DNA from: Chiloscyllium plagiosum
Lineage: Eukaryota
DNA: 64,000 nt
Assembly: GCF_004010195.1 (NCBI RefSeq)
Contig: NC_057718.1
Span: 85,371,625-85,435,624, forward strand
Direction of reading: 5' to 3'
Shown here: positions 1-12,078 of the stretch, one piece after another
Layout: each line of letters starts with the position of its first letter
Position numbering within the stretch: position 1 is the first letter of the stretch
Position numbers and translations under genes: made by a program
Notes under the pieces: generated by a model
What the model saw: the letters and a program-made list of their open reading frames with translations, nothing else
What the model was told of the DNA's origin: nothing
Database searches by the model: none

Positions 1-1197
1 CCCCTTGACCATGACCCCACCTCCCACCACCAAACCATCATCTCCCAGACCATCCATAATATCATCACCTCAGTGGATCTCCCATCCACCACCTTCAACC
101 TCATAGTCCCACAACCCCGCACCGCCCGTTTCTACCTCCTGCCCAAAATCCACACACCTGACTGCCCCAGCCGACCCATTGTCTCAGCCTGCTCCTGCCA
201 CACCGAACTCATCTCTGCTTACCTTGACATGGTCCTGTCCCCCTTAGTCCAAGAACTCCCCACCTACATTCAGGACACCACCCACGCCCTCCACCTCCTC
301 CATGATTTTCGCTTCCCTGGCCCCCAACGCCTTATCTTCACCATGGACATCCAATCCCTATACACCTCCATCCGCCATCACAAAGGCCTCAAAGCCCTCC
401 ACTTCTTCCTCTCCCATCGACCCAACCAGTACCCTTCCAATGACACCCTCCTTCGACTGACTGAACTGGTCCTCACTCTGAACAACTTCTCCTTCCAATC
501 CTCCCACTTCCTCCAAACCAAAGGAGTAGCCATGGGCAGCCGCATGGGCCCTAGATATGCCTGCCTCTTCGTTGGATATGTGGAACAGTCCATCTTCCGC
601 AGCTACACTGGCACCACCCCCACCTTTTCCTCCGCTACATCGATAACTGTATCAGCGCTACCTCGTGCTCCCACAAGGAGGTTGAACAGTTCATCCACTT
701 TACTAACATCTTCCACCCCGACCTCAAATTTACCTGGACCGTCTCAGACTCCTCCCTCCCCTTCCTGGATCTGTCCATTTCTATCTCAGACGACCGACTC
801 AACACGGACGTTTACTATAAACCGACTGACTTCCACAGCTACCTAGATTACACCTCCTCCCACCTTTCCCCCTGTAAAAATGCCATACCATATTCCCAAT
901 TCCTTCGCCTTCACCGCATCTGCTCCCAGGAGGACCAATTTCACTACCGAACAACCCAGATGGCCTCCTTCTTCAAAGGCTGCAATTTTCCCTCAGACAT
1001 GGTTGACGATGCTCTCCACCGCATCTCCTCCACTTCCCGCTCCTCCGCCCTTGAACCCCGCCCCTCTAATCGCAACCAGGACAGAACCCCACTAGTCCTC
1101 ACCTACCACCCCACCAACCTCCAGATACATCTGATCATCCTTCGTCATTTCCGCCACCTCCAAACGGACCCCACCACCAGGGATATATTTCCCTCCC
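1..1197 (+). mobile_element. Penelope-like element, RT region, inactivated
   Basis: Motifs RFYLLPKIH, RPIVS, FTMDIQSLYTSI, NNFSF, GVAMGSRMGP. Frameshift in a C-run near 615-625, after which the motif reads LRYIDN (YIDD mutated). Continues to DRTPLVLTYHP and ends at a gap. Confidence 0.9.
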
Positions 1198-2045
1198 NNN
1201 NNNNNNNNNNNNNNNNNNNNNNNNNNNNNNNNNNNNNNNNNNNNNNNNNNNNNNNNNNNNNNNNNNNNNNNNNNNNNNNNNNNNNNNNNNNNNNNNNNNN
1301 NNNNNNNNNNNNNNNNNNNNNNNNNNNNNNNNNNNNNNNNNNNNNNNNNNNNNNNNNNNNNNNNNNNNNNNNNNNNNNNNNNNNNNNNNNNNNNNNNNNN
1401 NNNNNNNNNNNNNNNNNNNNNNNNNNNNNNNNNNNNNNNNNNNNNNNNNNNNNNNNNNNNNNNNNNNNNNNNNNNNNNNNNNNNNNNNNNNNNNNNNNNN
1501 NNNNNNNNNNNNNNNNNNNNNNNNNNNNNNNNNNNNNNNNNNNNNNNNNNNNNNNNNNNNNNNNNNNNNNNNNNNNNNNNNNNNNNNNNNNNNNNNNNNN
1601 NNNNNNNNNNNNNNNNNNNNNNNNNNNNNNNNNNNNNNNNNNNNNNNNNNNNNNNNNNNNNNNNNNNNNNNNNNNNNNNNNNNNNNNNNNNNNNNNNNNN
1701 NNNNNNNNNNNNNNNNNNNNNNNNNNNNNNNNNNNNNNNNNNNNNNNNNNNNNNNNNNNNNNNNNNNNNNNNNNNNNNNNNNNNNNNNNNNNNNNNNNNN
1801 NNNNNNNNNNNNNNNNNNNNNNNNNNNNNNNNNNNNNNNNNNNNNNNNNNNNNNNNNNNNNNNNNNNNNNNNNNNNNNNNNNNNNNNNNNNNNNNNNNNN
1901 NNNNNNNNNNNNNNNNNNNNNNNNNNNNNNNNNNNNNNNNNNNNNNNNNNNNNNNNNNNNNNNNNNNNNNNNNNNNNNNNNNNNNNNNNNNNNNNNNNNN
2001 NNNNNNNNNNNNNNNNNNNNNNNNNNNNNNNNNNNNNNNNNNNNN

Positions 2046-4737
2046 TTCTTCTGTGTATGCTTTTCGATACAATTGCATTAGTTTTTAATTTTTATTTTAG
2101 CTTATTTAATTTCTCTGAACTAAAAATATTCACTTGTTCTTATTTTGTCTCAACCATTCGATCAAACATTGTTTCTGATAACTCTACTTCAACTTCCTTA
2201 TCTATATTCTTTGATTTCTCATCGTGTTTCAACTGATGGCTTGTTACCCTGTTATCCTACAGTCAGGAAAAATCCCAGGACATGCTTCCTGTGATATCTC
2301 AGTTGCCTGATTTTCTATGGGCATTTCAACCTCAGGAGGCAGCACTCCTACCTGTAATCCAGCTAAACTGTTACCAAGGACAAATTGTATTCCTGGAGCC
2401 AAGGGTTTCTCCAGTACTCCTACCACTTCTCCACTTCTCACCAGACATTCCAACCTCACTCTACATAACGGAGCACCTCTCGTCCCACCATGAATTCTAC
2501 ATTCATGGAGTGGACTCGATGGGCCGAATGGCCTTACTTTCACTCCTATGTCTTATGTCTTATGCCTTATTATTTTGCTGGCAATAGTCCATCTTAGTTA
2601 CATTTCTCTCAACTTCATGATCCCATATCTCTTAATACTGTAACTTCTTTATCTGCTACTCCTGGCCTATGCAAGTATACCTTCCCTGCGCAAGTAAATA
2701 GTTTAAAAAATCTGGCACTTCCTCCTTAACCACCCTCCAACCAGGCTGTATATTCTGGTGCAGCTTTTTAACCTCCGCTATGCTTTCCTTTATCATTTCG
2801 ACAAAATTCACTGGCTCATTCTGTTTTCCTACACCTGGATCCCAGTGCTTTTTCTACCCATCAACACCATGACTTCATGTGGCATACAACACCAGAGCTT
2901 TGTAACTTCTCTTTCCCCTTCATGGGTTTCCTTTTTGCCCTGTGCTAAGCTATCTTTATTATCTTAATGAGGATCCACGTGAGGATTTCTCTATTCCCCA
3001 ATTTCTATCTCTCATGGATTGAAATTGATGTCCAAAGTTGAACTTTGATTTATGAACCAATTCATAATCATCAGCACTTCAGCTGCTAATCTTGCTGTTT
3101 AACTCTCTGCTTTTCCACGTGAGTTCTCACTACCTCAGGAAGTGAATTTTTGAACTCCTCCAAAATAATTGTGTCTCTAAGAGCGTCATAGGCTTGCTCG
3201 ATTTTTAATGCCCTTATTCACCTATCAGAATTACTGTATTTGATCCTTTCAAACTCAATGTATGTTTGACCAGGGTCCCTCCTTAGGTTCCGGAAACATT
3301 GTTTATAGGCTTCTGGCACAAGCTCAGATGCACTTACAATGGTTTTCTTCACCTCATTATATTCCCCAAAACCTCCTCTGATGCTGATGCAAATATCTCA
3401 TTCGCTCTACCTATCAGCTTTGTTTGGATCAACAATAACCACATGATCACCAGCCACTTAATTTGTTTAGCCACTTTCTCAAATGAGATAAATAAAAGTT
3501 TCTACATCCTCTTGTCAAATTTAGGCAATGCTCAGATGTATTTAAATAGATGCCCACCAGGGCTTTGGCTATGATGGGTTTGCTCATCATCACTAAATCT
3601 ACCTTCTACCCTCACTTCCATCCTTTTACGTCGACTTTCCTGTCTAAGTGCCAACTTCTGAAGTTCAAACTCCGTCTCTCTTTCTCCCTTTCTTCTCTGA
3701 CTTTTTCTCTTTCTTCTGCTAGGACCTCCTTCTCCTTTTCTTTTTGCTCTACTTTTAAATCGCAGTTCAAACTGTTTCAGTTCCCTTTCATGTTCAAGCC
3801 GCTTCACGTGCAGTTGAGTTCATGCTTTTGCCAAAGATTCCGACTGCAATTCCAGCATTTTAAATGTCAAGATATTGCTGTAATTACCTCTCCTTTTTTC
3901 ACAGACAAAGGTAACCCCAACTCCAGCCTGTCGGCCAATTCCAACAGCTTTACTTTGCTCACCTTTTGTAAAACGCCCAAAATCACTTCTTCCACCCACA
4001 GAAAACTCTTAGTGACTGAAAGAGCCATTACTGCACCAAGTAGTATTTAAACCAAGTGAATTCAACGCCTGAAATAAAAGACACTACCACTTACCACTCG
4101 CTATCTTCAAGTCCAACAACCCTAAACCCAAATTGGAATTATAGAGTTATCCCAACAAGAGTCCCTAAACTGTGATGGGCCAGGCTAGACCCCTCTCAAA
4201 ATATTTTAAGAAAGTATCTAGACCCTAACTTTTTTTTTATTTTAAAGGTAAATGCGGTGTTCATATGTGATGTAACTGGTCAAACCACTCGATTTTAAGC
4301 AAAACAGAATAATTTATTTAATCACTACAGTTGAAACATGAACAAAAGAAAAAGGAACTTAGAATAACTTACCTATTGGAAAACTTGACCGACCCAATAC
4401 AGTTACAATTAACTGTTCCAATGCCGTAATATCCCATAAAATTACTGCTTGGCAAAAAGTTAAATTTAAACATAGATTCTTACAGGCAAGAGGGAACAAA
4501 ATCCAGAGAGAGATTTCACAGAAGGTCAGAGAAATCCTTTAGTGAAACTTGCAACACTTCTGGACTCCAACATCTTGTGACTACTGCAGCAAAAACCTGA
4601 ACTGGGAGAACTGGCCATTTCCCTTCTATTGTTAAAGCTGCTAAACTCCCTGGACTCCTCGGTACCTCTGCCTTTATGAGCTCTCTTCAAGGAAACCAAG
4701 TAAATAATAACATTTATAAAGTGACAGCATCATCACA
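2046..4737 (-). mobile_element. Gypsy (Gmr1-related) LTR retrotransposon 5' part: LTR 4171-4737 plus decayed gag/protease region
   Basis: LTR bounded by the perfect inverted termini TGTGATG...CATCACA, with an adjacent degenerate PBS. The gag start on the minus strand at 4028 (MALSVTKSF...) is homologous to the gag near 61050. It has a coiled-coil ELKQFELR stretch, LPKF...FEKVAKQIKW and a GIQFVLGNSLAG post-protease motif. Multiple frameshifts. Confidence 0.8.
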
Positions 4738-4909
4738 ATATGATGATGATATGATTACAGTTGAAGGTAAAACTGGACAATCAAATCTCAGATTAAACCT
4801 GGCTTGATAGATCATAAGTTTTTTTTCAGTTTGGTTACCATAGCGGTCAGTCACTGAACATTTTCAAATGATTGCTAATGTAATTTAATAAAAAGACATA
4901 AGTTTATCA

Positions 4910-5150
4910 AACAACACATTCCAAGATTCTTCACAGCCAATGAAGTGTAGTTACAGCTATAATGTAGAAGTGAAACAGCTAATTTCTGTAGAGTAAGATC
5001 TCACAAACAGAAATGAGATGATGACCAGATAATCTTTTCCCTTAGGGACAGTGGGAAGAATTTACCTACCCTCTTATGAAATAGTGCCATTGAAACTTCA
5101 ACATCCAACTGAGAGAGCAGATGGGACATTGGTTTAGTGTCTCATCTGAA
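4910..5150 (-). mobile_element. Deu-domain SINE remnant (SacSINE1/AmnSINE-like)
   Basis: Similar to the copy at 16520-17160 (ATAGTGCCAT...ACATCCAACTGAGAGAGCAGATGGG...GTCTCATCTGAA). Confidence 0.55.
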
Positions 5151-7395
5151 GCCTGAAAACGGTAAAATTGGCATTATGTTCCAAATGAACATTATTTTTA
5201 AAAAAGACTTTTAAGTTCTATTCCAATGAACTTTTTGAATCTTCATTTTAAAGGTTTCTGATATCCTTCAAATAATAATGCAATATCCTTTATCTCTTTC
5301 AAATTATTTGAAGAGTGCCAGGTTTTCAATACTTTGTTGACTTGGGAATTAATCCTGCATCTAAAAATTAAACTATTTGATCACTTTTATGCAAAAGAAT
5401 ACAACATTGCTTTACAATCTTTCTAATTCCTCAAATGCCAAATTACAGCCACTTGAATAGTTCAATTTTGAGATTAGTTAACAGCTTCCCCTCTTTTTCT
5501 CCTACTGAGTGTCTGTGTAATTGACTTGGCAATTTCTGTTAATTAGCACGCTTGTGGCTGGGCTATTCCAAATGACTGGGCAAAGTGAAGCAGACAAGCA
5601 TGCTGCAGTGAAGGTCTAGCCTTTCTGCAGGGCTAATCGATGTGGACAATTTCTCAGCAGCTCTGTGCGTGTTCACAGTCAGACATGTCCTGAGTAAGTC
5701 CACCCATGTGCCCAGGACTTGTTCAAGAGCAAGGCAACTACCTTGTTTGCGTCAATTGGCCCTAATGAGCTGGAAAAGGAGGACAGCTACTACAGCCTAT
5801 CAAAAACAGCTTTGAGGTCATTGTTAATAACTCTTTTCCAGTGCAAAGGGTTTTACAGTGCAGAAGGAAATCACTCAAGCAATCATGCCTGTGTTAGCTC
5901 TTTGAAAGAGCTATCCAGTTAATCCCATTCCTGCACTCTCTTCCCATAGTCTGGAATTATTTTCCCTCTTTAATTATTTATTCAATACCATTTTGAAAAT
6001 GGATACACAATCTATTTCCACTACTTTTTCCTTGTTCTTGTATATTCACATCAAGAAGTTGAACCATCTAACGTTATCATTTCTAGTTAGCTTTGGTTTC
6101 AAAGGCTGATGTAAAAGAAAGCTATTCTATAATCATTTAATGTTGTTGTGCACAGCCTTTTTGCAGATTACAACTACACTATTCCAAGAAAACTAATCTA
6201 GAGCAAATTTATTCATTTTTATATCATAAAGTACTATAAATCAAAACTTTAAAAAAACTTAATGAAAGCCTGATAATTGCAATGCTTGATATAACTGAGT
6301 TATGTTTAGAAATTTGAGGTTACATTCCTCTGCCTCTGTTTAATTAGAGTGATATAACTTTTAATATTGAATGAGCCAGCAGCTCTGTTAAAATACCAGC
6401 CTGGGGAATTTGTTGCTGACATGTGGAGTTTCCTACATCAATTTCCAGATATAATCAAAATATGTAGAAGTTACAATGGAAGCAATTTATCAGATCTAAG
6501 TAGATGCATTCACATTCACCTTCCATGTTACCATGTTAGTATTTGGAGTACTTTTAAAAATATTAAGTTATAATATTGTTTTGCACTGAAGTAGAATTTC
6601 CTGTCAATGTGCATGTATCAATTAGCAGCTTTTGTTTTTCTTCCTTTCTTCATTGTTTCAAAAAATAATGTATTAAACTTTAGTTTTCAAGAAATTTGAA
6701 CTTAAGAGCTTGAATATAAATATCTTGACTTTTATGGGGAGCCTTGATAAAGGTCTTTAAAATTATGAAGGGATTCACTGGGATAAAGCTGGAAAAGATA
6801 TTTCTGCAAGTAGAGGAATCAAAAATTAAGAAATATTAGTATCACATTGTCATTAGTCAGATTAATAAGAAATCCAGGAGAAATTTATTTACTTAGGATA
6901 TTTAAGTTGCTGTCACAAAAAGTACTGATCTGATTGGAATACACACATTTAAGAGAATGCTAGTTAATTACATGGAGCCAAAAGAAATAGAAGGATATGA
7001 TGTTCAATGTAGTATGAAAGGGTTAATTTGAAGATACTCTACCTCATCATAAACTCACATACCTTATGGGAACAGGTTTTCTCTGAAAGTCTCATGTGAA
7101 ATCCTGTACATAAGTATCCTGTAGCCAATTAGTATTTAAGTTGATTAAAAAGTAATGTTTGCTAACAACCAAGTTTCCTGCAATCTTTCCTGGCTCCCTT
7201 CCTGGACACAAGAAAATTTGAACAATAGAATCAGGTACAATTACATATGGTGGGAAGAAGTCTTTTGAAGCTTTGTTTTTGTGGACTTGTTGAAGTTAAT
7301 GGCCTTTTTCTGGTCAGAAATGCTTACCCCAACTCCAAGAAGATTGTTGCAAGCGAATGTTCTTCAGGCACATACTATCCCACTCTCATTGCCAC

Positions 7396-8872
7396 TGGAA
7401 TAACTGCACAGAGGCCAGTATCCCATCAACAAGTTACCCTTTATTTACTTGTGCACAGTACACTGACTGTTGCCAGCTAACTCAGGGTCAGTCCGAGAAC
7501 TGAGGAGATTCTAACGCTCCTGGTAAAAATTTTTTTTTTCTTTTTTTAAAAATTTTAACCCCCACACTACCACCTAAGTGCGGTAGTGCTTATTTTATCC
7601 CCAGCACTCATGGTGTGTGTGTGCAGGTGTGAGACACAGTGAAAGACACAAAGTGCACGAATCTTTATTCAATTTCCACCACCAGGAAGATAGGAAAACA
7701 CCAGGGTGGCCAGTGACAAACACTGCCCTTCACATCAAAGGGCAATGCTGTGTGATAAAAACAGTGAAGGGGAGGGTAGGGACTAAATCAAAATAGAATT
7801 GGAGGGAGAAATGATGCACTCCACTCCCTGCGGCGCCCACCTCTCCCTGAACAACTCCAGGGTGTTGGTCGACACCACGTGCTCCTTCTCCAAGGACACC
7901 CGGGCCCGTATCCCTATTTATTTATTTTCTTTTTCCACCTAAGTGCAGTAGTGCTTATTTTATCNNNNNNNNNNNNNNNNNNNNNNNNNNNNNNNNNNNN
8001 NNNNNNNNNNNNNNNNNNNNNNNNNNNNNNNNNNNNNNNNNNNNNNNNNNNNNNNNNNNNNNNNNNNNNNNNNNNNNNNNNNNNNNNNNNNNNNNNNNNN
8101 NNNNNNNNNNNNNGGAAGGGGGAGGACTCCCGCGTAGAGAGCCCTCCACTGGGGATCCCCACCGCCCGGTGGCAAGTGGGCACGCCAAGGCGTGTCCGGA
8201 CGGTGGATGAGGGAGAAGAGGTGGACGGTGTGCAGCAGCAGTCTGTACAGGGCTCTCCTGTTCACCTCCCTAAACGAAACAAAGTTAAAATTTCGGAGGC
8301 GGCTCAGGTTGTGGGGCACAGGCTCCCGCGGGAAGTACGGGACCTTGGGGCCAATGTGAAATTCCGTCCGGGCTGGGGTGAGCTCGGACGGGATCCCACC
8401 GCACACCTGAGCGTCCTCCAACTGGTGTACTACGTCGGGTCCGAGCACCGCCGTTTTAAGGCGTCGGATGGCGGTGGCCACGTACTGGACGTCTACCGCT
8501 GCCCTGCTGGCTATGTCTTGCGGCAGCGTCCAGCCCAGGCCCCCGGCACCCAGCACGTCCCCGACCCTGGTCACCCTCGCCGCCGCGGCCCTCCCCTCCG
8601 AAAGCCACTCGAACCCGCGAGTACGGAGGTGCGGATTCCTGAGCAACGGCTCCCTGACGACAGCCGCTACTCCAGCCGGAGGGTAGGCGTGACGCGATTC
8701 GACCATGTTCCAGACAGTGATCAGGTCCTGGTAAAAGACAGGCAGCGTCTTGAGGGCGACCTCCACGCTCCTGGTTATATTGGTCAGCCAGGGCTTTCCT
8801 GATTGGCCCAGGTTAACAACCCCAATCAAGGATCTCATAGTCAATGGGATCCAACTGGTTCCAATCACAACA
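7396..8872 (-). mobile_element. Probable LTR (TG...CA on the minus strand) split by a Tx1 insertion
   Basis: The two halves 7396-7524 and 8765-8872 rejoin at the duplicated ACGCTCCTGGT. The minus strand starts TGTTGTG, ends CA and is followed by a PBS-like TGGCAATGAG. Confidence 0.5.
7525..8764 (-). mobile_element. 5'-truncated Tx1/L1-clade non-LTR retrotransposon (ORF2 C-terminus, 3' UTR, A-rich tail)
   Basis: Reads LPVFYQDLITVW...EPLLRNP...WRALYAGVLP and terminal RARVSLEKEH...FRERWAPQGVEC...ILI* (stop 7783-7785). T-rich tail near 7530-7547. 11-bp TSD ACGCTCCTGGT at 7514-7524 and 8765-8775. CpGs retained, suggesting a young copy. Confidence 0.82.
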
Positions 8873-8983
8873 CTACGTTAATGTCAATAAATTATCTTCA
8901 CCATCTCTCTGTCTGTATCTTCAGAACGACTGGGTCAGGTTATTTGAAAAGTGGCTAAAAGAATGGAAATTTCAAAACATATC

Positions 8984-9101
8984 GAAGGGCTTTTGCCCGA
9001 AACGTCGATTTCCCTGCTCCTCGGATGCTGCCTGACCTGCTGTGCTTTTCCAGCACCACTCTGATCTAATCTCTGGTTTCCAGCATCTGCAGTCCTCACT
9101 T
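8984..9101 (+). mobile_element. Short PLE terminal-repeat derivative
   Basis: GAAGGGCTTTTGCCCGAAACGTCGAT...GATGCTGCCTGACCTGCTGTGCTTTTCCAGCA matches the 3' end of the PLE at 41120-41235. Confidence 0.8.
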
Positions 9102-9269
9102 ATATCAATTAATATAAGTTATATCAATTAATCTGTCAATCAAATATGTATTTTACAAAAACACACAATGTTCAAGTGAGTGTCTTTGCATGTTATTATT
9201 ATGCTCTTATTTGATGTCTCAAAATGTTTTACACTCAGTGAAATACATCCAGTGATTTTTTAAAAATTT

Positions 9270-9990
9270 AGTCATTGAATTTGTGTTTCATTGGCTAGGC
9301 CAGCATAATTGCCCTTGAGAATTTGATGGTGAGCTGTCTTAGTCATTGACACACAGAGGTCTACAGCACGGAAAAATGTCTTTGGCCCATCAGATCTGCA
9401 GGTCAAAAACAACTGTCTGACTATTCTAATCCCATTTTCCAACATTTGGTCCATGCCTTGTATGTCTTAGCATCTTGAAACACTGAAGTTCATGTGGTTA
9501 CACCCAGAGGGCATTTCAGGATTTTGACCCAGTGATACTGAAGGAAAGACAATATGTTCCCAAGTAATGATGATGAGTGACTTGGAGGGGAACTGACGGT
9601 AGTGGTGTTTTCATATATCTGCTACCCTTGTCCTTCTAGATGGTAGAAGACATAAGTTCAGAAGGTACAGTCTAAAAAGCTTTGTGAGTTGTTGCTGTGC
9701 ATCATGTAAATAGTACACACTCTGCTACGATGTGCCTTGTGAATGTTGATTGTGGTGGTAGGGTTATGCCTGAAACGTCGATTCTCCTGCTCCTTTGATG
9801 CTGCCTGACCTGCTGCGCTTTTCCAGCAACACATTTTTAAGCTCTGATCTCCAGCATCTGCAGTCCTCACTTTCTCCTGTGGTGGCAGGGTGCCAATCGA
9901 ATGGTTGCTTTGTCCTAGATGGAGCTGAGCTTCTGCAGTGTTGTTGGATACTACCCTGAGGAACTCTTGCAGTGATATTCTGTGACTGAG
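9270..9990 (-). mobile_element. Decayed CR1/L2-group LINE 3' portion with nested short insertions
   Basis: Collinear with the copy at 50990-51470 (GCCCTTGAG...GGTGAGCTG, CCCTTGTCCTTCTAGATG, GCTTTGTCCTAGATGG). Confidence 0.65.
9765..9877 (+). mobile_element. Short PLE terminal-repeat derivative with target-site duplication
   Basis: Same family as 8984. Flanked by TGTGGTGG(T/C)AGGGT at 9751-9764 and 9878-9891. Confidence 0.8.
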
Positions 9991-10044
9991 ATAATTGAAT
10001 ATCATATTATTTCCACATACTAGGACCAATATCTAAACCAATAT

Positions 10045-10170
10045 TCCTGATGAAGTGCTTATGCCCGAAACGTCGATTCTCCTGTTTCCTCGGATGCTGC
10101 CTGACCTGCTGTGCTTTTCCAGCACCACACTTTTGACTCTGATCTCCAGCACCTGCTGTCCTCACTTTTT
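10045..10170 (+). mobile_element. Short PLE terminal-repeat derivative with an intact hammerhead-like core
   Basis: CTGATGA-AGTGC-TTAT-GCCC-GAAA-CGTC at 10047-10074. Flanked by CCAATAT at 10038-10044 and 10171-10177. Confidence 0.8.
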
Positions 10171-10799
10171 CCAATATGAAAACAGTCAGGTCCCACAAAT
10201 AGCAAAAGCATAGTGACATTATTATTTAGGTTTATTTTAGTGATGATTGGTTGAAGGATAAATATTTGACATTTTGGTTGTCTTGTTTCTTTTTATCCTT
10301 TGTTGATGGATTCAAAAATTTGGCAAATGCGTGGTTGTATAGAAGGTGGAAAACTACTCCCAAATATGCCAATCACAATCAGTTTAACCTCCTATTCTGC
10401 AAACCTTGCAAATGGTATTGTATAACTATTTCAGCTGAAGATGTCATCACATATAATATAAACACAGCCGGTATGAACTGCAGTAATTATACATGCTGGC
10501 AGCCTAATTTATTGCTCATTAAGCAGTTTAAAGCAATTACTGTTAATGTGCCCTCATTTTGCCTTTGAAAAAAATTAACATTTGTAAGTGCATTAAATCA
10601 GACGGTTAAGTAGAGGTGATTAACCCACATTTGCTGCCCAAAACGCCTTAGCAGCCATGTGGCTAGTTTAGAGTTTTCATGGAAATTAAGGAATTATGGA
10701 GCACAATCCCCAAATCACAAGTAAACATCTCAGTCATCCATAATTAAAATGAAAAGACTTACTTGGTCATAGCAAAGCAGTAAGGTGTGCTTAGGTGTC

Positions 10800-11110
10800 A
10801 ACATGGCTCAATGGTAGCAATCATGCATCTGATTCAGACTTGGCGGGTACTTCAGATTTTCAAGGACATGTTAAACACAAGCCTTCTCTGATGGATGTAA
10901 AGGATGTCACAATGTTATGCTGAAGAAGTGTAATCTCCTCAGTGTCCTACCTAATATGTATCCTTGAATCAACACTAAACATCACTAAAATAAATTATTT
11001 GATCACTAATCTCATTGCTATTTGTGGGGATCTTGCTATGTCTAAGCTGACGGTTTTATTTCTCATATTATAGCAGTGGCACTGTTTCAATTGTATTTCA
11101 TGCGTTGCAA
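10800..11110 (+). mobile_element. Deu-domain SINE remnant
   Basis: tRNA-like head (TGGCTCAATGGTAGCA), GGATGTAAAGGAT core and CTCATTGCTATTTGTGGGATCTTGCT 3' part. Confidence 0.55.
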
Positions 11111-11679
11111 AATGCTTTTCAACAATAATTTGCATTTATATAGTACCTTAAATAAAGTACACCATGAAGCAACAAAACGTATTGTATTTTTTTCCTTTCT
11201 AGTTGTCAGGGTAGATTGTACTGTTTGCATAGGCTCAAACACTGCTGTAAAAACATATAAATCATGAAATCCTGCTCGGGTTTTGTTGCAGATAGTTTTC
11301 TGCATTGTTACTGATCTCTCTCAGCTTCACCTTCTTCAAGATTATTCCTTAGAATGCTGATAAAAATATGATTGGAACAGGCATTTGTGAAAAATTTAAG
11401 GTGCTTCTTATCACAGAGTTATAAAGCAAGAAGATTTGGCTTATTATTCCTGTGCCAATCCTTTTAAGGACTTGTACAACTACACCTGTTCCTATGCCTT
11501 TTCACCCTTTTCACAGCCATGAAAATATTTCCTTTTTAAGTAAAGATATAATCTCCTTTTGAAAGTTACTATTAAAGCAGGTTCCACCAGTTTTTCAGGC
11601 AAAGTATTCCAGTTCATAACTCATAGCAATTAATCAGTCAATTAATCTTCAAAAGAAGAAGACATGAGACTGGAGCTTC

Positions 11680-12078
11680 GGGAGCTGAGGGGTGACCTTA
11701 TGGAGGTTTATAAAATCACGAGGGGCATGGATAGGGTAAACAGACAAGGTCTTTTCCCTGGGGTGAAGGAGGCCAGAATTAGAGGGCATAGGTTTAGGGT
11801 GAGAGGGGAAAGATATATAAGGGACTCAGGGGCAGCTTTTTCACTCAGAGGGTGGTACGTGTATGGAATGAGCTGCCAGAGGAAGTGGTGGAGGCTGGTA
11901 TAATTACAGCATTTAAAAGGCATCTGGATAGGCATATGAATAGGAAGGTTTTAGAGGGTTATGGGCCAAGTGCTGGCAAATGGGACTAGATTACATTAGA
12001 ATATATGGTTGGCATGGACAAGTTGGACTGAAGGGTCTGTTTCTGTGAGTCATATTCTCTATGATTCTCTGACTCTAT
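11680..12078 (+). mobile_element. CR1 LINE 3' fragment
   Basis: Reads [16 protein letters not shown]...RGHRFRVRGER, with the typical 3' UTR and (TGACTC)-like tail. Confidence 0.9.

Noticed and set aside
960..2081. Long ORFs spanning N runs (960..2081, 1092..2078, 7879..8802, 27700..27957)
   Set aside because: Their length is an artefact of assembly gaps translated as X.
3550..4050. 166-aa plus-strand ORF
   Set aside because: Antisense shadow of the purine-rich Gypsy gag.
8765..8868. N-terminus of the 302-aa minus-strand ORF as part of Tx1 ORF2
   Set aside because: It lies outside the TSD and is flanking LTR sequence that happens to be in frame.
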